This document shows positions 16,888 to 27,013 of a stretch of 64,000 nt of DNA, piece by piece. Source of the stretch: an uncultured virus (IMG/VR IMGVR_UViG_3300035670_000134) (taxonomy: Duplodnaviria > Heunggongvirae > Uroviricota > Caudoviricetes); IMG/VR virus record IMGVR_UViG_3300035670_000134; one strand, given 5' to 3'. The first letter of the stretch is position 1; the number at the start of each line of letters is the position of its first letter. The position numbers and the translations under genes were made by a program. The notes under the pieces were generated by a model, which was not told where the DNA came from, did no database searches, and saw only the letters and a program-made list of their open reading frames with translations.

Positions 16888-17085
16888 TCACACCTGAGAG
16901 TTCTTACCATAGGCGGTATCGCCCGGGTTGAGATATCTCATAGCAACCGGAATAATTGCTGCCCACAAGGCATTTAAAGCCATCTTCCAATCATTAGTAG
17001 CAGCATAAGTCGCTACGGCAGCACCAAGCACGCTACGTGCGTACGATGCAATCATTCTTTTGTTTGCTTCTGACAATTTAATCAT
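16888..17085 (-). CDS. small membrane protein, possible holin
   Basis: ASYARSVLGAAVATY...ALWAAIIPVAMRYLNPGDTAYG, two hydrophobic helices; GGAGG RBS. Confidence 0.6.
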   Translation of the reverse strand: MIKLSEANKRMIASYARSVLGAAVATYAATNDWKMALNALWAAIIPVAMRYLNPGDTAYGKNSQV

Positions 17086-17099
17086 TTAGATTTCCTCCA

Positions 17100-18269
17100 T
17101 TAGTCAAGCCAGCAATTGTATTCTGCTGTGACTATACCCTTATCTGGGTGAACAAACATCAAAGGCTGAGAAGGTCTACCGATAGCGGCTAGACTTTCCA
17201 TCGCATATGTGTTTGTAGATTCAGGACTGCCCGACACTCTTACTTGAATAGTATTAAAAGTCATCTTAGTAGGAGTGTGCCAGTGACCAATGTAAACATC
17301 ATCAAAGTCTTCTCCAAGAGCACCGACTTTCCAACCATACACCTTTTTCTGGAATGAGTAGAAAGAAGATAAACCATTGAATTGATCACCATGACAGAGC
17401 AAGCTCTTGTAATTCCCGATTTGTGGGACAGCAAACCAATGCTTTTCGCCCCGGCCATCTGGAATATCAAAAGTAATGCGTTTTTCCCTCTCAAACATCC
17501 ATTGTACTACACGATACAGCATCCTGTCAGCATTCGTCTCAGGGTCATGATCCCGTCTGGCCCTACCGCCAATAGATCCGTGATTACCAATGACTCCGGT
17601 AAAGTGAACTTCATCAAAGTTTTCAAGCATCTTCACAAGGAAGTTCTTTAGAATTCTTGGACCATCGACAGTGACCTGACGGTAAAGACCGCCATCGACC
17701 AAGAAAGACTGGCCCGGGAAAATAAGTTCACCTTCAACAATATCACCTAAAGCCCATACATGAAGTTTTCTAACAGGGTGGTCTGCTCTCTGAATATTTG
17801 TTAAATCAATAACCTTCTGAGCATACTGCTCAATTCTGCGCTCACAGACCTCAGAATTATAGTCAGGAGTTACTTTGGCTAACTGCCAGTCTGCAATTAC
17901 AGCAACCGCAACCTCCTCAGTCTTACCTTTACGCTTGTCCTTTTCTGGAGCAGGGGTCTTAGGAGCCTTGTGATGAATCGCACTGTCAATGGTTGCCCTA
18001 TAGACAGCATCTACAAGATCATCTTTCTTTGTCTTAACCTTTTCATACTCCTGAAGGAGTTTAGCATAAGCAATTCTTAACTCAGTATCTGACTCCGGAT
18101 AATCTCCGGATAAAATATCTACTGGCATTTCAACAAGTCCATTCTCTTTTCTAAAACTGCAGACGCCTAAGGTATCAATAGACTTTCTACATGTTGGATG
18201 TGCGTATTTTTGGTTAGACGAGTTAGGCTCGAACTCAATGTTACACCCGTCCGCTCCACAGATCTTCAT
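17100..18269 (-). CDS. calcineurin-like metallophosphoesterase with N-terminal Cys motif and coiled coil
   Basis: IADWQ, LGDIVEG, GNHG, CHGD, GHWH motifs. Confidence 0.82.
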   Translation of the reverse strand: MKICGADGCNIEFEPNSSNQKYAHPTCRKSIDTLGVCSFRKENGLVEMPVDILSGDYPESDTELRIAYAKLLQEYEKVKTKKDDLVDAVYRATIDSAIHHKAPKTPAPEKDKRKGKTEEVAVAVIADWQLAKVTPDYNSEVCERRIEQYAQKVIDLTNIQRADHPVRKLHVWALGDIVEGELIFPGQSFLVDGGLYRQVTVDGPRILKNFLVKMLENFDEVHFTGVIGNHGSIGGRARRDHDPETNADRMLYRVVQWMFEREKRITFDIPDGRGEKHWFAVPQIGNYKSLLCHGDQFNGLSSFYSFQKKVYGWKVGALGEDFDDVYIGHWHTPTKMTFNTIQVRVSGSPESTNTYAMESLAAIGRPSQPLMFVHPDKGIVTAEYNCWLD

Positions 18270-18333
18270 GGTTTCTCCTGTGTACTACGTAAAGCAAGTA
18301 TACACATGGTACCAGAATTCTGGGGGGTGTGGG

Positions 18334-18771
18334 TCAGGAAGAAGATTTTTCTCTCGGTGCCCTAAAGCTCCTATTTTTCTTCTTTAAATGAGGCTTGTTG
18401 TTCTTTGCTACCTCTCGCATCTTATTCCTATGAGCTTCAGATGGCCGCTTGCCTTCTCGGTGAATTGCGCTATGCTCTGGAACAGTGCAGAGAAAAAGGT
18501 TCTCTACTCTGTTATCTATCTTGATTTCATTTATGTGATGCACTGTCTCCCAAGGCTCAAGCATTCTATCAAGATAGGCTTCCATGACAGCACGGTGTTC
18601 ATAAATGTAACCACGAATATTTTTGGGATGATCTGGTCTTAATATTTTGACGTAACCTTTATCGTCAATATATTTACCACCTTGATAGTTCAAACTGTCT
18701 TTGCCGCTGGGGTTACCAGTTTTCCATTCAACGTCTTTCCTTTGAGAAGCCAAACCAGACTTCTTAGCCAT
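18334..18771 (-). CDS. HNH endonuclease
   Basis: YEHRAVME...VHHINEIKIDNRVENL...EHSAIH. Confidence 0.88.
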   Translation of the reverse strand: MAKKSGLASQRKDVEWKTGNPSGKDSLNYQGGKYIDDKGYVKILRPDHPKNIRGYIYEHRAVMEAYLDRMLEPWETVHHINEIKIDNRVENLFLCTVPEHSAIHREGKRPSEAHRNKMREVAKNNKPHLKKKNRSFRAPREKSSS

Positions 18772-19418
18772 CAGACCCCGCCGGCATCCTCTACGTAAAA
18801 CTGAATTGAACTTATAGATGCAGGAATATCATAACTTGGAGCGTTAGTAGTATTAGCAGTAGATGTTCTATCTACAGTTACAAAGAAACTTTCATTAACA
18901 AGTCCTGAAGAGTTAGAGGATAAAACGTATGAGTGAGTACCGCTACCGATAATTGTGTCTTGACCGGTTGATTTTACAGATACGGTTGTTGTATTTGCTT
19001 CAGCAGCAGTATTGTAAAATGCAAACAAGTGTGGTGTGAAGGCCCATCGTGTAACAAGAGTGTTTGCTCCACCAAAATCACCCTGATAGACGTTTACTCT
19101 GTACGTCGAATTCTCTGTACCTCTACCTTTAATCCTAAAACCTGGAAAGTTTACAACAAGTTTATAATATCTGTTTCCATTTACACTAACACGGTTATCC
19201 GCCCCACCTTCATCCTCCAGAGCAATAAGTTCATGTTCTGTGAAATCTGAATATGTAGTTGATGTTACAGAAGACTGTTTAAATCTTAAAATACCCTGCG
19301 GTTTATCATCTGTTGCATCCTTAACCTGTTCAATATTGGTTGACATTTGACCCAACCGCTCGCCGGTTATAGGTGTCCCAGTTGTCCAAGATACAAAGTT
19401 ATAATTTTCGTATGCCAT
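18771..19418 (-). CDS. putative tail/virion structural protein
   Basis: Beta-rich; N-terminal W..GTPITGERL; follows the tail fibre gene. Confidence 0.55.
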   Translation of the reverse strand: MAYENYNFVSWTTGTPITGERLGQMSTNIEQVKDATDDKPQGILRFKQSSVTSTTYSDFTEHELIALEDEGGADNRVSVNGNRYYKLVVNFPGFRIKGRGTENSTYRVNVYQGDFGGANTLVTRWAFTPHLFAFYNTAAEANTTTVSVKSTGQDTIIGSGTHSYVLSSNSSGLVNESFFVTVDRTSTANTTNAPSYDIPASISSIQFYVEDAGGV

Positions 19419-19440
19419 ACTACCTAATAGTATACACTAT

Positions 19441-21390
19441 TTATGGTTCAGAGGAAGATTCATTATCCCCGCCCTCAGAACTAATACCAATCTGATTTTT
19501 TAACTGCTCTTGTATAACTCGACCATTCTCATCAGTCCAATGGGCATTTATCATTGACTCATCGCATCTTTCTCCAATAACAATCCAAGAAATAGTATCA
19601 GATGAGCTGGCATCTTCACAGTATATTTTTAAAATATTACTATGTACTAAACCTTTAACATTAGACCATCCAGTTTCATTTGATGTTAAACAAGAAACAT
19701 TTGTTACAAGTTTTTCAAATGTACCATCTGTCATTCCCGAATGTTTGTCAATATTGACTTCAGCATATCCATTTATTAATGAAATTTTACCTCTATATAT
19801 TAAATCTGCATACGGCCCCTCGATGAATGAGTGATACAGCCAGTAATCATTTTTTTTACTTTCAAGTGGGTGATCAATTTTAAACGTACCACCGGTTTTA
19901 ATAACAGAACCTGCTTCAATATTAGCCCACCCACCGTCGTTATGATTCCTAAAATAGGCTGTTGTGTTGCCAACACCAACTCTTATTTGCACCGTACCAG
20001 CATCATTTCCGGCTCTAATTGCTATACCGGCATTACCTGTGCTTTGAGCAACTATATGTTGCCTATCCCAACTTTCTGAGTAATTAAAATTATTTGTAAC
20101 ATTCATTCTTCCAACGAATCTATGAGAAGCATTGGGATAAACTGTGCTATGTGGTACATTATAACGATTACCTTCTTGATTTACTATTGCTATGCCTATA
20201 TAAATATTCCCATAAGTGCCGCCATCAAGGTCTATACCAGAACCCGAGCTTGTACCAAATCTTATCCTTGTGCTACTTCCTTTCGAAAGAGAGAAGGTTC
20301 CACTGGCAAATTCTCCACCAGTAATTGTTCCATTGGCAGATATATCTCCAGAAAAACTACCACCTGTAGCGTTAATCGTGCCGGTAATTGTTGCGCTTGT
20401 TGCAGTAAGAGCACCAGAAGCAGAAACGTTAAAGTTACTATTAAGTATTCTACCATTAGCATAAATTGTTGTATTACCAACAATTAATTGCCCATTACTT
20501 CTTAGTGTTGTTGAGCCGCCAGATATAGTTGTTGAGCCAATAGTCCAACCGCCGATTGCTCCACTGCTAGCCGTAATTTTTCCGCTAATATCAACATTAC
20601 TAGCAATCATATTTCCGCTGTTATCTACAGAAAAGTTTGGAAACTGAATTGTTGTTGTACCAGTTGTATCAACTTGAATATATTTCGTTGCAGAACCAGC
20701 CCTAAAGTAAACAGAATTATCACTTCTTTTAACCCAAGCATTCTCCCAAGAGTCATTTCTTAAGGCAATACCAGCATAATTAGCAGCATCACGAATATTA
20801 TTACCAATTTCAGTTAAACCGGCAGTCATTTTTCCTGTAAAAGTACCACCAGAAGCAGTAATATTCCCTCTGAAATTACCGTTACCAAACTCTGAGTACC
20901 CGTTGGAATATATAGCCCAACCTGAAGTGCCAGCAATATAGTTGCCGCTCTGGACAAGTTGCGAAGTCAAAGTAATAGTATTGCTTAAATTAGCCGCTGT
21001 AATAGTATTTAAAGCCAGCTCATTTGAAGTAATTGTGTTAGCAGCAATGTTATTTGCAACAATTGTGTTTGCTGCTAACTCATTAGCCGTAATTGTTCCG
21101 GCAATAATATTTTGAGCACTAATAACATTGTCACCAAGCTCAACACCGGCAGTTCTGAATATTTCTCGTACAGTGTCTTCAAAGAGGATTCTGTTTCTAT
21201 CTTGCCTAGCCGATCTCTCTGTGTTTGTTCTAAGGAACCCTTGATCAAAATCAAAAATAGAATACTTAGAAGCATCAATCAAAGAGGAATTCGATCCATC
21301 ATGATTATGACCACCAGCAGCAAAGAATACAATATTGCTTTCAGAGGTTCCAGATGTCACAGAAACGCTTGAACTAGATCTTCTTGGCAT
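19441..21390 (-). CDS. tail fibre/spike protein with probable C-terminal chaperone domain
   Basis: 10-aa ANTIT.NEL repeats, SG.IGGWTI repeats, C-terminal FKIDHPL...LYHSFIEGP. Confidence 0.75.
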   Translation of the reverse strand: MPRRSSSSVSVTSGTSESNIVFFAAGGHNHDGSNSSLIDASKYSIFDFDQGFLRTNTERSARQDRNRILFEDTVREIFRTAGVELGDNVISAQNIIAGTITANELAANTIVANNIAANTITSNELALNTITAANLSNTITLTSQLVQSGNYIAGTSGWAIYSNGYSEFGNGNFRGNITASGGTFTGKMTAGLTEIGNNIRDAANYAGIALRNDSWENAWVKRSDNSVYFRAGSATKYIQVDTTGTTTIQFPNFSVDNSGNMIASNVDISGKITASSGAIGGWTIGSTTISGGSTTLRSNGQLIVGNTTIYANGRILNSNFNVSASGALTATSATITGTINATGGSFSGDISANGTITGGEFASGTFSLSKGSSTRIRFGTSSGSGIDLDGGTYGNIYIGIAIVNQEGNRYNVPHSTVYPNASHRFVGRMNVTNNFNYSESWDRQHIVAQSTGNAGIAIRAGNDAGTVQIRVGVGNTTAYFRNHNDGGWANIEAGSVIKTGGTFKIDHPLESKKNDYWLYHSFIEGPYADLIYRGKISLINGYAEVNIDKHSGMTDGTFEKLVTNVSCLTSNETGWSNVKGLVHSNILKIYCEDASSSDTISWIVIGERCDESMINAHWTDENGRVIQEQLKNQIGISSEGGDNESSSEP

Positions 21391-24300
21391 TAATTAACCT
21401 TCCTTAAGGTAAGAGACTGGGTGGGTGAAGATGAGTATGAAAAGTCTCTTGCTACAACCCAGTAATCCCCGTTAATTATATCAAAAGCATCCATGTTGGA
21501 TATCCTTATCTTGTCCCCAACCTGAACTTTTGGAGTTGGAATCGTAGAAACCGTCAAGATCGGAACAGGATCGCTTAATTTGCTGATTATGAAATCAGCA
21601 AGTTTTTGGCCATGATTAAAGTTTGTAATAAATGGATTCTCAATTACAACCTCTTTTAGTCCATAAAGTCTAATATTATCTTCTAAGTTTGCTACTTGCT
21701 CTTTTATTTGACTTGACTGCTCATTTAAAACAACAGGAATGCCTGCAATAGAAGTAAAAGCAACTTTTTCAGTTAATGGATTCGTTCCCTCAGCAAAAAC
21801 AAATGTTCCTTTATCAACATTTGCGCTTGCAGCAATGATCAATTCAGCACCATAGTTTCCTGGGTTCCACTTCAAAATATCTATTTGGTCCGGTTCTTCG
21901 AAAGATATCCCGGTAATGAAAGGGTTCTTAACTTGGAAGGCAGGTGCCTTATCATATGTGATATCCCAATATCTAGCCTCTCGAACCGTTGCTCCTGAAG
22001 AGTGTGATGCCGGTGTGGTGCCAAACATTCCTCTCTCAAGATTAAGAAGTTGATTCGGCGTCTTCTTTGAATATTTTATAATTTCACTGTCAATAACAAC
22101 ATAGCCAGCGTCAAAGAATGGCGGATCTTGAGTTGTTGAAACATACATGCTGACATCTGAATTACTAATAGAAGACTCAAGATTCACAACCGCAAGTGTT
22201 GTCGGATCATCTGCTCTCCACAAAGGCTGAACTCCAACTAAATTAGAGGAAAGACCAGCAATCTTAATAACAACACGATTTGCCTGTAACTGGACGTTGT
22301 AGTCTGCATCAATAATTGCATTAGAGTCATTGATAGATGTTTGCACATTAGCGTGCTGATCTATAGTTGGCTCGTAGAATCTAAAGTAATGTTCGTATCG
22401 AGCTTTATTAGTCTCATCAATATAAAATCTTCCTAAATCCGCTAAAGTAATTTGATCAATAATTTCTCTAACCGACATCTCGTTGCCATACAAGAACGGA
22501 TACACTGTCAAAGGCTGCATTTGTGTCTCCGTGTATCTATCAGCAACATTTTTTGAAGAAAGATTTCTATTATAAATTATGAACTGATCAAAATAAATAT
22601 CTCTGATAGTAGAAGGAACTGATTCTCCAGTTAAAGCAACAAAACCTGAACCTCTACCACCAAATGTTAAGTCTAGATTACTCCAAGACGATACTGAGCC
22701 AGAAAGAGTTCTTGTTTGTTTTAGTTCACCATTGACAAAGTAAGAAAGATCTTGACCGTCAAATGTCGCTACAACATGGGACCAGCTAGATGTTGATAAG
22801 GCGGTATTCGAAGAAACAGTTTCTACTCCAGATGAGGTTACAATCTTAAAACCATTACCAGACGATGTGTTAAAGAACTCGAAACCAGAAGATGGAGAAG
22901 AATTAGACCAAGTGCTTAAATACTCCCCGTCACCGCTAAATGCTGAAACCGGTTTAATAAATAATTCAAACGCCCATTCTCCCGTATAATTATTTGAAGA
23001 TGAGCTTTGAAGATCCCAAGATAAATCGTAAGGAAGTCGTATATATTTGCCTGAACCCAGCAGGATAGAGTTGTTTTCAGTTGAAGATACAAGTCCTCCT
23101 TCAAGACCAATATCTCCACCGCCAAGATATAGCGCACTATTACTCTGCCTATTCCTATCTGGTGTAGGTGACCCAGAAGTTAATTCTTCATACGAAGCAT
23201 CTCTTGATCCAATCTTGTCAAGAACACAAATTGTTTTACAGTCTTCACTTAGAACATCAGAAAGAGAACCGCCCTGTTTTTGATATTCCATATACAATGT
23301 TAAGTTTTCTCCTACAACAAAGCTTGTGGTGTAGAATATCTCGATTCTTAATTTGTATGGACGACCAGCAGTCATGTCCATGTAATCAGTCTGTAAAGTT
23401 ATTGGCGTATTGGGGTTTGTTACATGATTTCTCCACTCATTAAGGACAAGATTGTCATCAACGTACACACGAATACCACCATGCGTTATCCCAAACGACA
23501 ACCTAATAAGACCTGATTCGATTGGAATATAAAAACCATCAATCACACCATTATAATAAGTTCCAATACTATCACTAGCAGTATCAGTAAATGTAAAATC
23601 ATATAAATCTAAGGCATAAGTGTTGTCTAGATTGATATCCAACGTATTAGCAACAAAGCTAGGAGAAACGAATGATGATTGGCCTAAAGCCTTTTCTAAC
23701 TCTGTCAACTGCCTATCAAGAGCATCTGCCGTAATATCTTTAACTTTATCTAAAGCATTAAGAGGCATGGCAAAAAATCTTGCCCTTAATCCATTGGAAA
23801 CCGTTATCTCATTACCAGCACGATCCCTTGTGCTTTCATTAAAGTCAAAATGAACAACCCCGCCATTTTTGACAGCAGTGGTTTTAAATAGATTTAAACT
23901 ATCGATATTTGCTTTTGGAAAATTAGAAAGCATAAGCAAGTTCTCTGTCGCATCAGAAACCGTAGCCTTTTCCAAAAAGAATCCCTTTGAGACAATCCTT
24001 TCTGACATAAACTTTGTCCAGTCCATTGCAGACAAGGTGACTGTCATTGCAGAACTCGTTGATTGCCATTCATCAACGTAAGCCTCAAGATATTCAGGAT
24101 ATTCAAAAGTATCAAACTGAACTTCAACATTGGTGTTATGAGATCTTGCAATAGTGTTAGCATAACCTCTTTGCAAAACATTTAAATCATAAGTGTTTGC
24201 TTTTGAAGAAACAAGAATATGTTCTTTGTACCTAGAATTAGGATCTACTGTAATAACAAACTCATCACCCGAACCACCGCTTGGAAAACCATCAGTGTTC

Positions 24301-25289
24301 GTTAATGAAATAGTCGTGTCACTTGATGAAATGGAGTTTCTTAAATGGCCAGTAATATATTGATCGTTACTCTTACTAATCTGCCACCCAGTCGAAACAT
24401 ATAACTTAAGATCTTTTTTCATGTACTGACCATATTCCGAACTGCTTCCTAGAATATTAAATTTCTTTTCAGTATTATCTAAAGTTATATTTACAGAACC
24501 AGAACTACTTCCGGCTATTGGAAGACTTGTCTCATGCAAATCTCTAGTCTTATTTGTTGACATATCAACAACATAATCAGAGATGTCCTCTTGATACAAG
24601 ATGTTAACTTCTTGCAATCTGGCATAATCTTGAGGATTCTTTGTTGTATATACAATAACTTGAACACTATATATCGTATCGTGACCTAGAGTATCTGGTA
24701 AAAAATGATCCCTGAAGTAGGAACCGTCAGCTATAGATGAAACCTCAGCGTATAGAGGATTAGGCATACCAGGGTCGGAGCTTAAAACTCTTATTTCATA
24801 AGTTCCTATTTGTCCATAGAATTCAGATGTAACAACTCTGATTAAATTGCATTTTCTTGCATCGAATTGAATAGTTACACTAGGTGGTGTCGTAAATTGA
24901 TAATCTCCATAAGTTGGATGTGGAGTGTTCTGGGAGATAGATCCTGACCACCACCCGTATTCATAATTCTCATCATTATTCGAAGGCATCGCATACCAAT
25001 TGCCATCAGCTCGAATGGTTTTACCATTAATATCTTTTGCGCCGGCAACGCCCCAAGTGTAAGATTGACGTTCAATACCATTCACAGTTTGCTTTGGTGC
25101 AAAAAAATACCCGATAGAACCCTCTGCAGAAGAGGCATGAGAGTCGTTAGTGGTAACAGATACATTGCTTAAATGTCTACTATCGAGCCAGTCAATAAGC
25201 ACCTTTGGCTTTAAGAATTGGGCTGGAGCAACGATCTTTGAATTAAAAGTATTGCTAAGAGTTTTGCCGTAAATGTCTTTTGTTATCAA
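21390..25289 (-). CDS. large tail tip/hub protein with PA14-like and LamG/concanavalin-like domains
   Basis: GGIRVYVDDNLVLNEW (PA14-like); WSHVVATFDGQDLSYFVNG...FDQFIIYNRNLS (LamG-like); downstream of tape measure. Confidence 0.75.
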   Translation of the reverse strand: MITKDIYGKTLSNTFNSKIVAPAQFLKPKVLIDWLDSRHLSNVSVTTNDSHASSAEGSIGYFFAPKQTVNGIERQSYTWGVAGAKDINGKTIRADGNWYAMPSNNDENYEYGWWSGSISQNTPHPTYGDYQFTTPPSVTIQFDARKCNLIRVVTSEFYGQIGTYEIRVLSSDPGMPNPLYAEVSSIADGSYFRDHFLPDTLGHDTIYSVQVIVYTTKNPQDYARLQEVNILYQEDISDYVVDMSTNKTRDLHETSLPIAGSSSGSVNITLDNTEKKFNILGSSSEYGQYMKKDLKLYVSTGWQISKSNDQYITGHLRNSISSSDTTISLTNTDGFPSGGSGDEFVITVDPNSRYKEHILVSSKANTYDLNVLQRGYANTIARSHNTNVEVQFDTFEYPEYLEAYVDEWQSTSSAMTVTLSAMDWTKFMSERIVSKGFFLEKATVSDATENLLMLSNFPKANIDSLNLFKTTAVKNGGVVHFDFNESTRDRAGNEITVSNGLRARFFAMPLNALDKVKDITADALDRQLTELEKALGQSSFVSPSFVANTLDINLDNTYALDLYDFTFTDTASDSIGTYYNGVIDGFYIPIESGLIRLSFGITHGGIRVYVDDNLVLNEWRNHVTNPNTPITLQTDYMDMTAGRPYKLRIEIFYTTSFVVGENLTLYMEYQKQGGSLSDVLSEDCKTICVLDKIGSRDASYEELTSGSPTPDRNRQSNSALYLGGGDIGLEGGLVSSTENNSILLGSGKYIRLPYDLSWDLQSSSSNNYTGEWAFELFIKPVSAFSGDGEYLSTWSNSSPSSGFEFFNTSSGNGFKIVTSSGVETVSSNTALSTSSWSHVVATFDGQDLSYFVNGELKQTRTLSGSVSSWSNLDLTFGGRGSGFVALTGESVPSTIRDIYFDQFIIYNRNLSSKNVADRYTETQMQPLTVYPFLYGNEMSVREIIDQITLADLGRFYIDETNKARYEHYFRFYEPTIDQHANVQTSINDSNAIIDADYNVQLQANRVVIKIAGLSSNLVGVQPLWRADDPTTLAVVNLESSISNSDVSMYVSTTQDPPFFDAGYVVIDSEIIKYSKKTPNQLLNLERGMFGTTPASHSSGATVREARYWDITYDKAPAFQVKNPFITGISFEEPDQIDILKWNPGNYGAELIIAASANVDKGTFVFAEGTNPLTEKVAFTSIAGIPVVLNEQSSQIKEQVANLEDNIRLYGLKEVVIENPFITNFNHGQKLADFIISKLSDPVPILTVSTIPTPKVQVGDKIRISNMDAFDIINGDYWVVARDFSYSSSPTQSLTLRKVN

Positions 25290-26594
25290 CTACACTTCCT
25301 CCAACTCTAGCGAACAATCCCACAAGTATAAATCTGTGTCAACATCTCTACGGATAAGGTTCTCTGAGTAATTCTTTACTATTACATTATACTCTGTCTC
25401 TGTGTATGGAGTCGTGCCATCAGAATCAATATCTAAAAACTTCAATACATGAATATCAGGATCGGCAGCAATTTCCCTTATAGCATCTCTACCAAATTTT
25501 GTATCAGCGGTTTGAGTTCTTGCACTTGGAAGGTTTGACCAGTTGATAGAAAAAGACTTTCTGGGCGAACCCGTTTTGTAGTATCGACTTCTTTTAGCCC
25601 GCCAGTTTTGGCTTTCAATAAATGATTGATTGACAGTAACAGTGGTTCCTCGATTGTGTTCAGTAATTGGCTTATTGTCAATAATAAGCAGAGGTCTAAT
25701 GTTCTGTGTATCTTCTACTATGTTGTTACTAAATCTTATAGCACTAACATTTAGAACAGTTGCAGCACCAGTCGGTTGTGGATTAATAAATAGAATTTCC
25801 TTACCGACAGTAACATTTATGACAAGACCAGAAACCTGTGTGTTTGCAAACAGAATCTCTATTGCTCTTGTCTGCACATTAGCTTCGCTTTGAATATCAA
25901 TCGAAGCAAACAGTATTTCATATGCAGTAATTGATGCTACTAGTTCACCAGATACCTCAGATTGGCTAAAAGCGAACTTGTATGAAGTTGCCTGTAAATC
26001 AGAGTTTGACTCAATGCTTGTAGATGCAAAAAGAATTTCAAGAGCAGATGTTGTTACTTGAGACTCAATACTGGAGGTAGAACTTGCAAAGAGTATTTCA
26101 AGAGCGGTTGTTGTTGAATTAGATTCAACATCAATACTTGAAGATGCAAAAGCAATTTCAAGTGCTGTCGCAGTTAAATTAGATTCTCCACTTACAGAGG
26201 TTGTACCGAGGAGAATTTCTATTGCAGTAGCTGTTGTATCGGATTCAACAGAGTTGGTTGAAGAAGCGAAAGCAATCTTTGTGCCAGAGACAGAAAGTGA
26301 AACAGAAGCACTGGGCGCGATAAGTGCTTTAACAATTTCTGTACCGACAGTTACCGCAACGGAACCGCCATCAATGGATGCTGCAGCCTTAGCCGTTTTA
26401 AACGTGGTTACGGAGACATCAACTTCACCAGATATTGTAATCTGAGGCTTAAGTATTTCAGAACTGAGAATTTGGACATTTGACTCTATGGATAGAGCCG
26501 CTTCGGCCAGAATAATTCTGGCATCAGATCCATAGAATCTAATACCAGTAACATCAAGTGTTAATGAATATGTAGGTTCACTCCATGCTCCCAT
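25290..26594 (-). CDS. minor tail protein: 20-aa repeats plus distal-tail-like domain
   Basis: EILFAS repeats; C-terminal domain similar to the neighbouring 139-aa protein. Confidence 0.7.
   Translation of the reverse strand: MGAWSEPTYSLTLDVTGIRFYGSDARIILAEAALSIESNVQILSSEILKPQITISGEVDVSVTTFKTAKAAASIDGGSVAVTVGTEIVKALIAPSASVSLSVSGTKIAFASSTNSVESDTTATAIEILLGTTSVSGESNLTATALEIAFASSSIDVESNSTTTALEILFASSTSSIESQVTTSALEILFASTSIESNSDLQATSYKFAFSQSEVSGELVASITAYEILFASIDIQSEANVQTRAIEILFANTQVSGLVINVTVGKEILFINPQPTGAATVLNVSAIRFSNNIVEDTQNIRPLLIIDNKPITEHNRGTTVTVNQSFIESQNWRAKRSRYYKTGSPRKSFSINWSNLPSARTQTADTKFGRDAIREIAADPDIHVLKFLDIDSDGTTPYTETEYNVIVKNYSENLIRRDVDTDLYLWDCSLELEEV
25790..26520 (-). repeat. degenerate 60-bp (20-aa) coding tandem repeat, about 12-13 units
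   Basis: agaatttc-like motif recurs at 60-nt spacing; LEILFASS.S.ES..T.TA units. Confidence 0.75.
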
Positions 26595-27013
26595 TATTCT
26601 TCCTCAATAGTTAAGTTTACATTATAATATGTACACTGTGTCGGTAGATCCCTTCTTACAATTTCTTCTGTGTAATTAGAGATAAAACCATAAAAGACTT
26701 TGTTTGAGCCGGTTGGCACATCCTTGTAACTAATTAAAGCTCTTGGTGAATTATTGGCAAGGTTTTCAAGAAAGTCTCGACCTACACGACCGTCAGCAGT
26801 TTTTTCTTCTGTATTAGGAAGATATGTAAAAGAAAGAGAAAGGCTTTTTTTGTTTGGTCTATAGAATCTTTTGACACGACCAGCCGATGTTTCAATATCA
26901 GAAACATTTATATTCTCAGTAATAGAAGCAGTTCTACCATGATTAGTTATTTCTGTACCATTAATAGATACAAATACAGCCAGAGCGGTTTGTTGATTCT
27001 GTATTGCCGGCAT
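26594..27013 (-). CDS. distal tail (Dit)-like protein
   Basis: Immediately after tape measure; beta-rich, ends in LTIEEE. Confidence 0.6.
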   Translation of the reverse strand: MPAIQNQQTALAVFVSINGTEITNHGRTASITENINVSDIETSAGRVKRFYRPNKKSLSLSFTYLPNTEEKTADGRVGRDFLENLANNSPRALISYKDVPTGSNKVFYGFISNYTEEIVRRDLPTQCTYYNVNLTIEEE

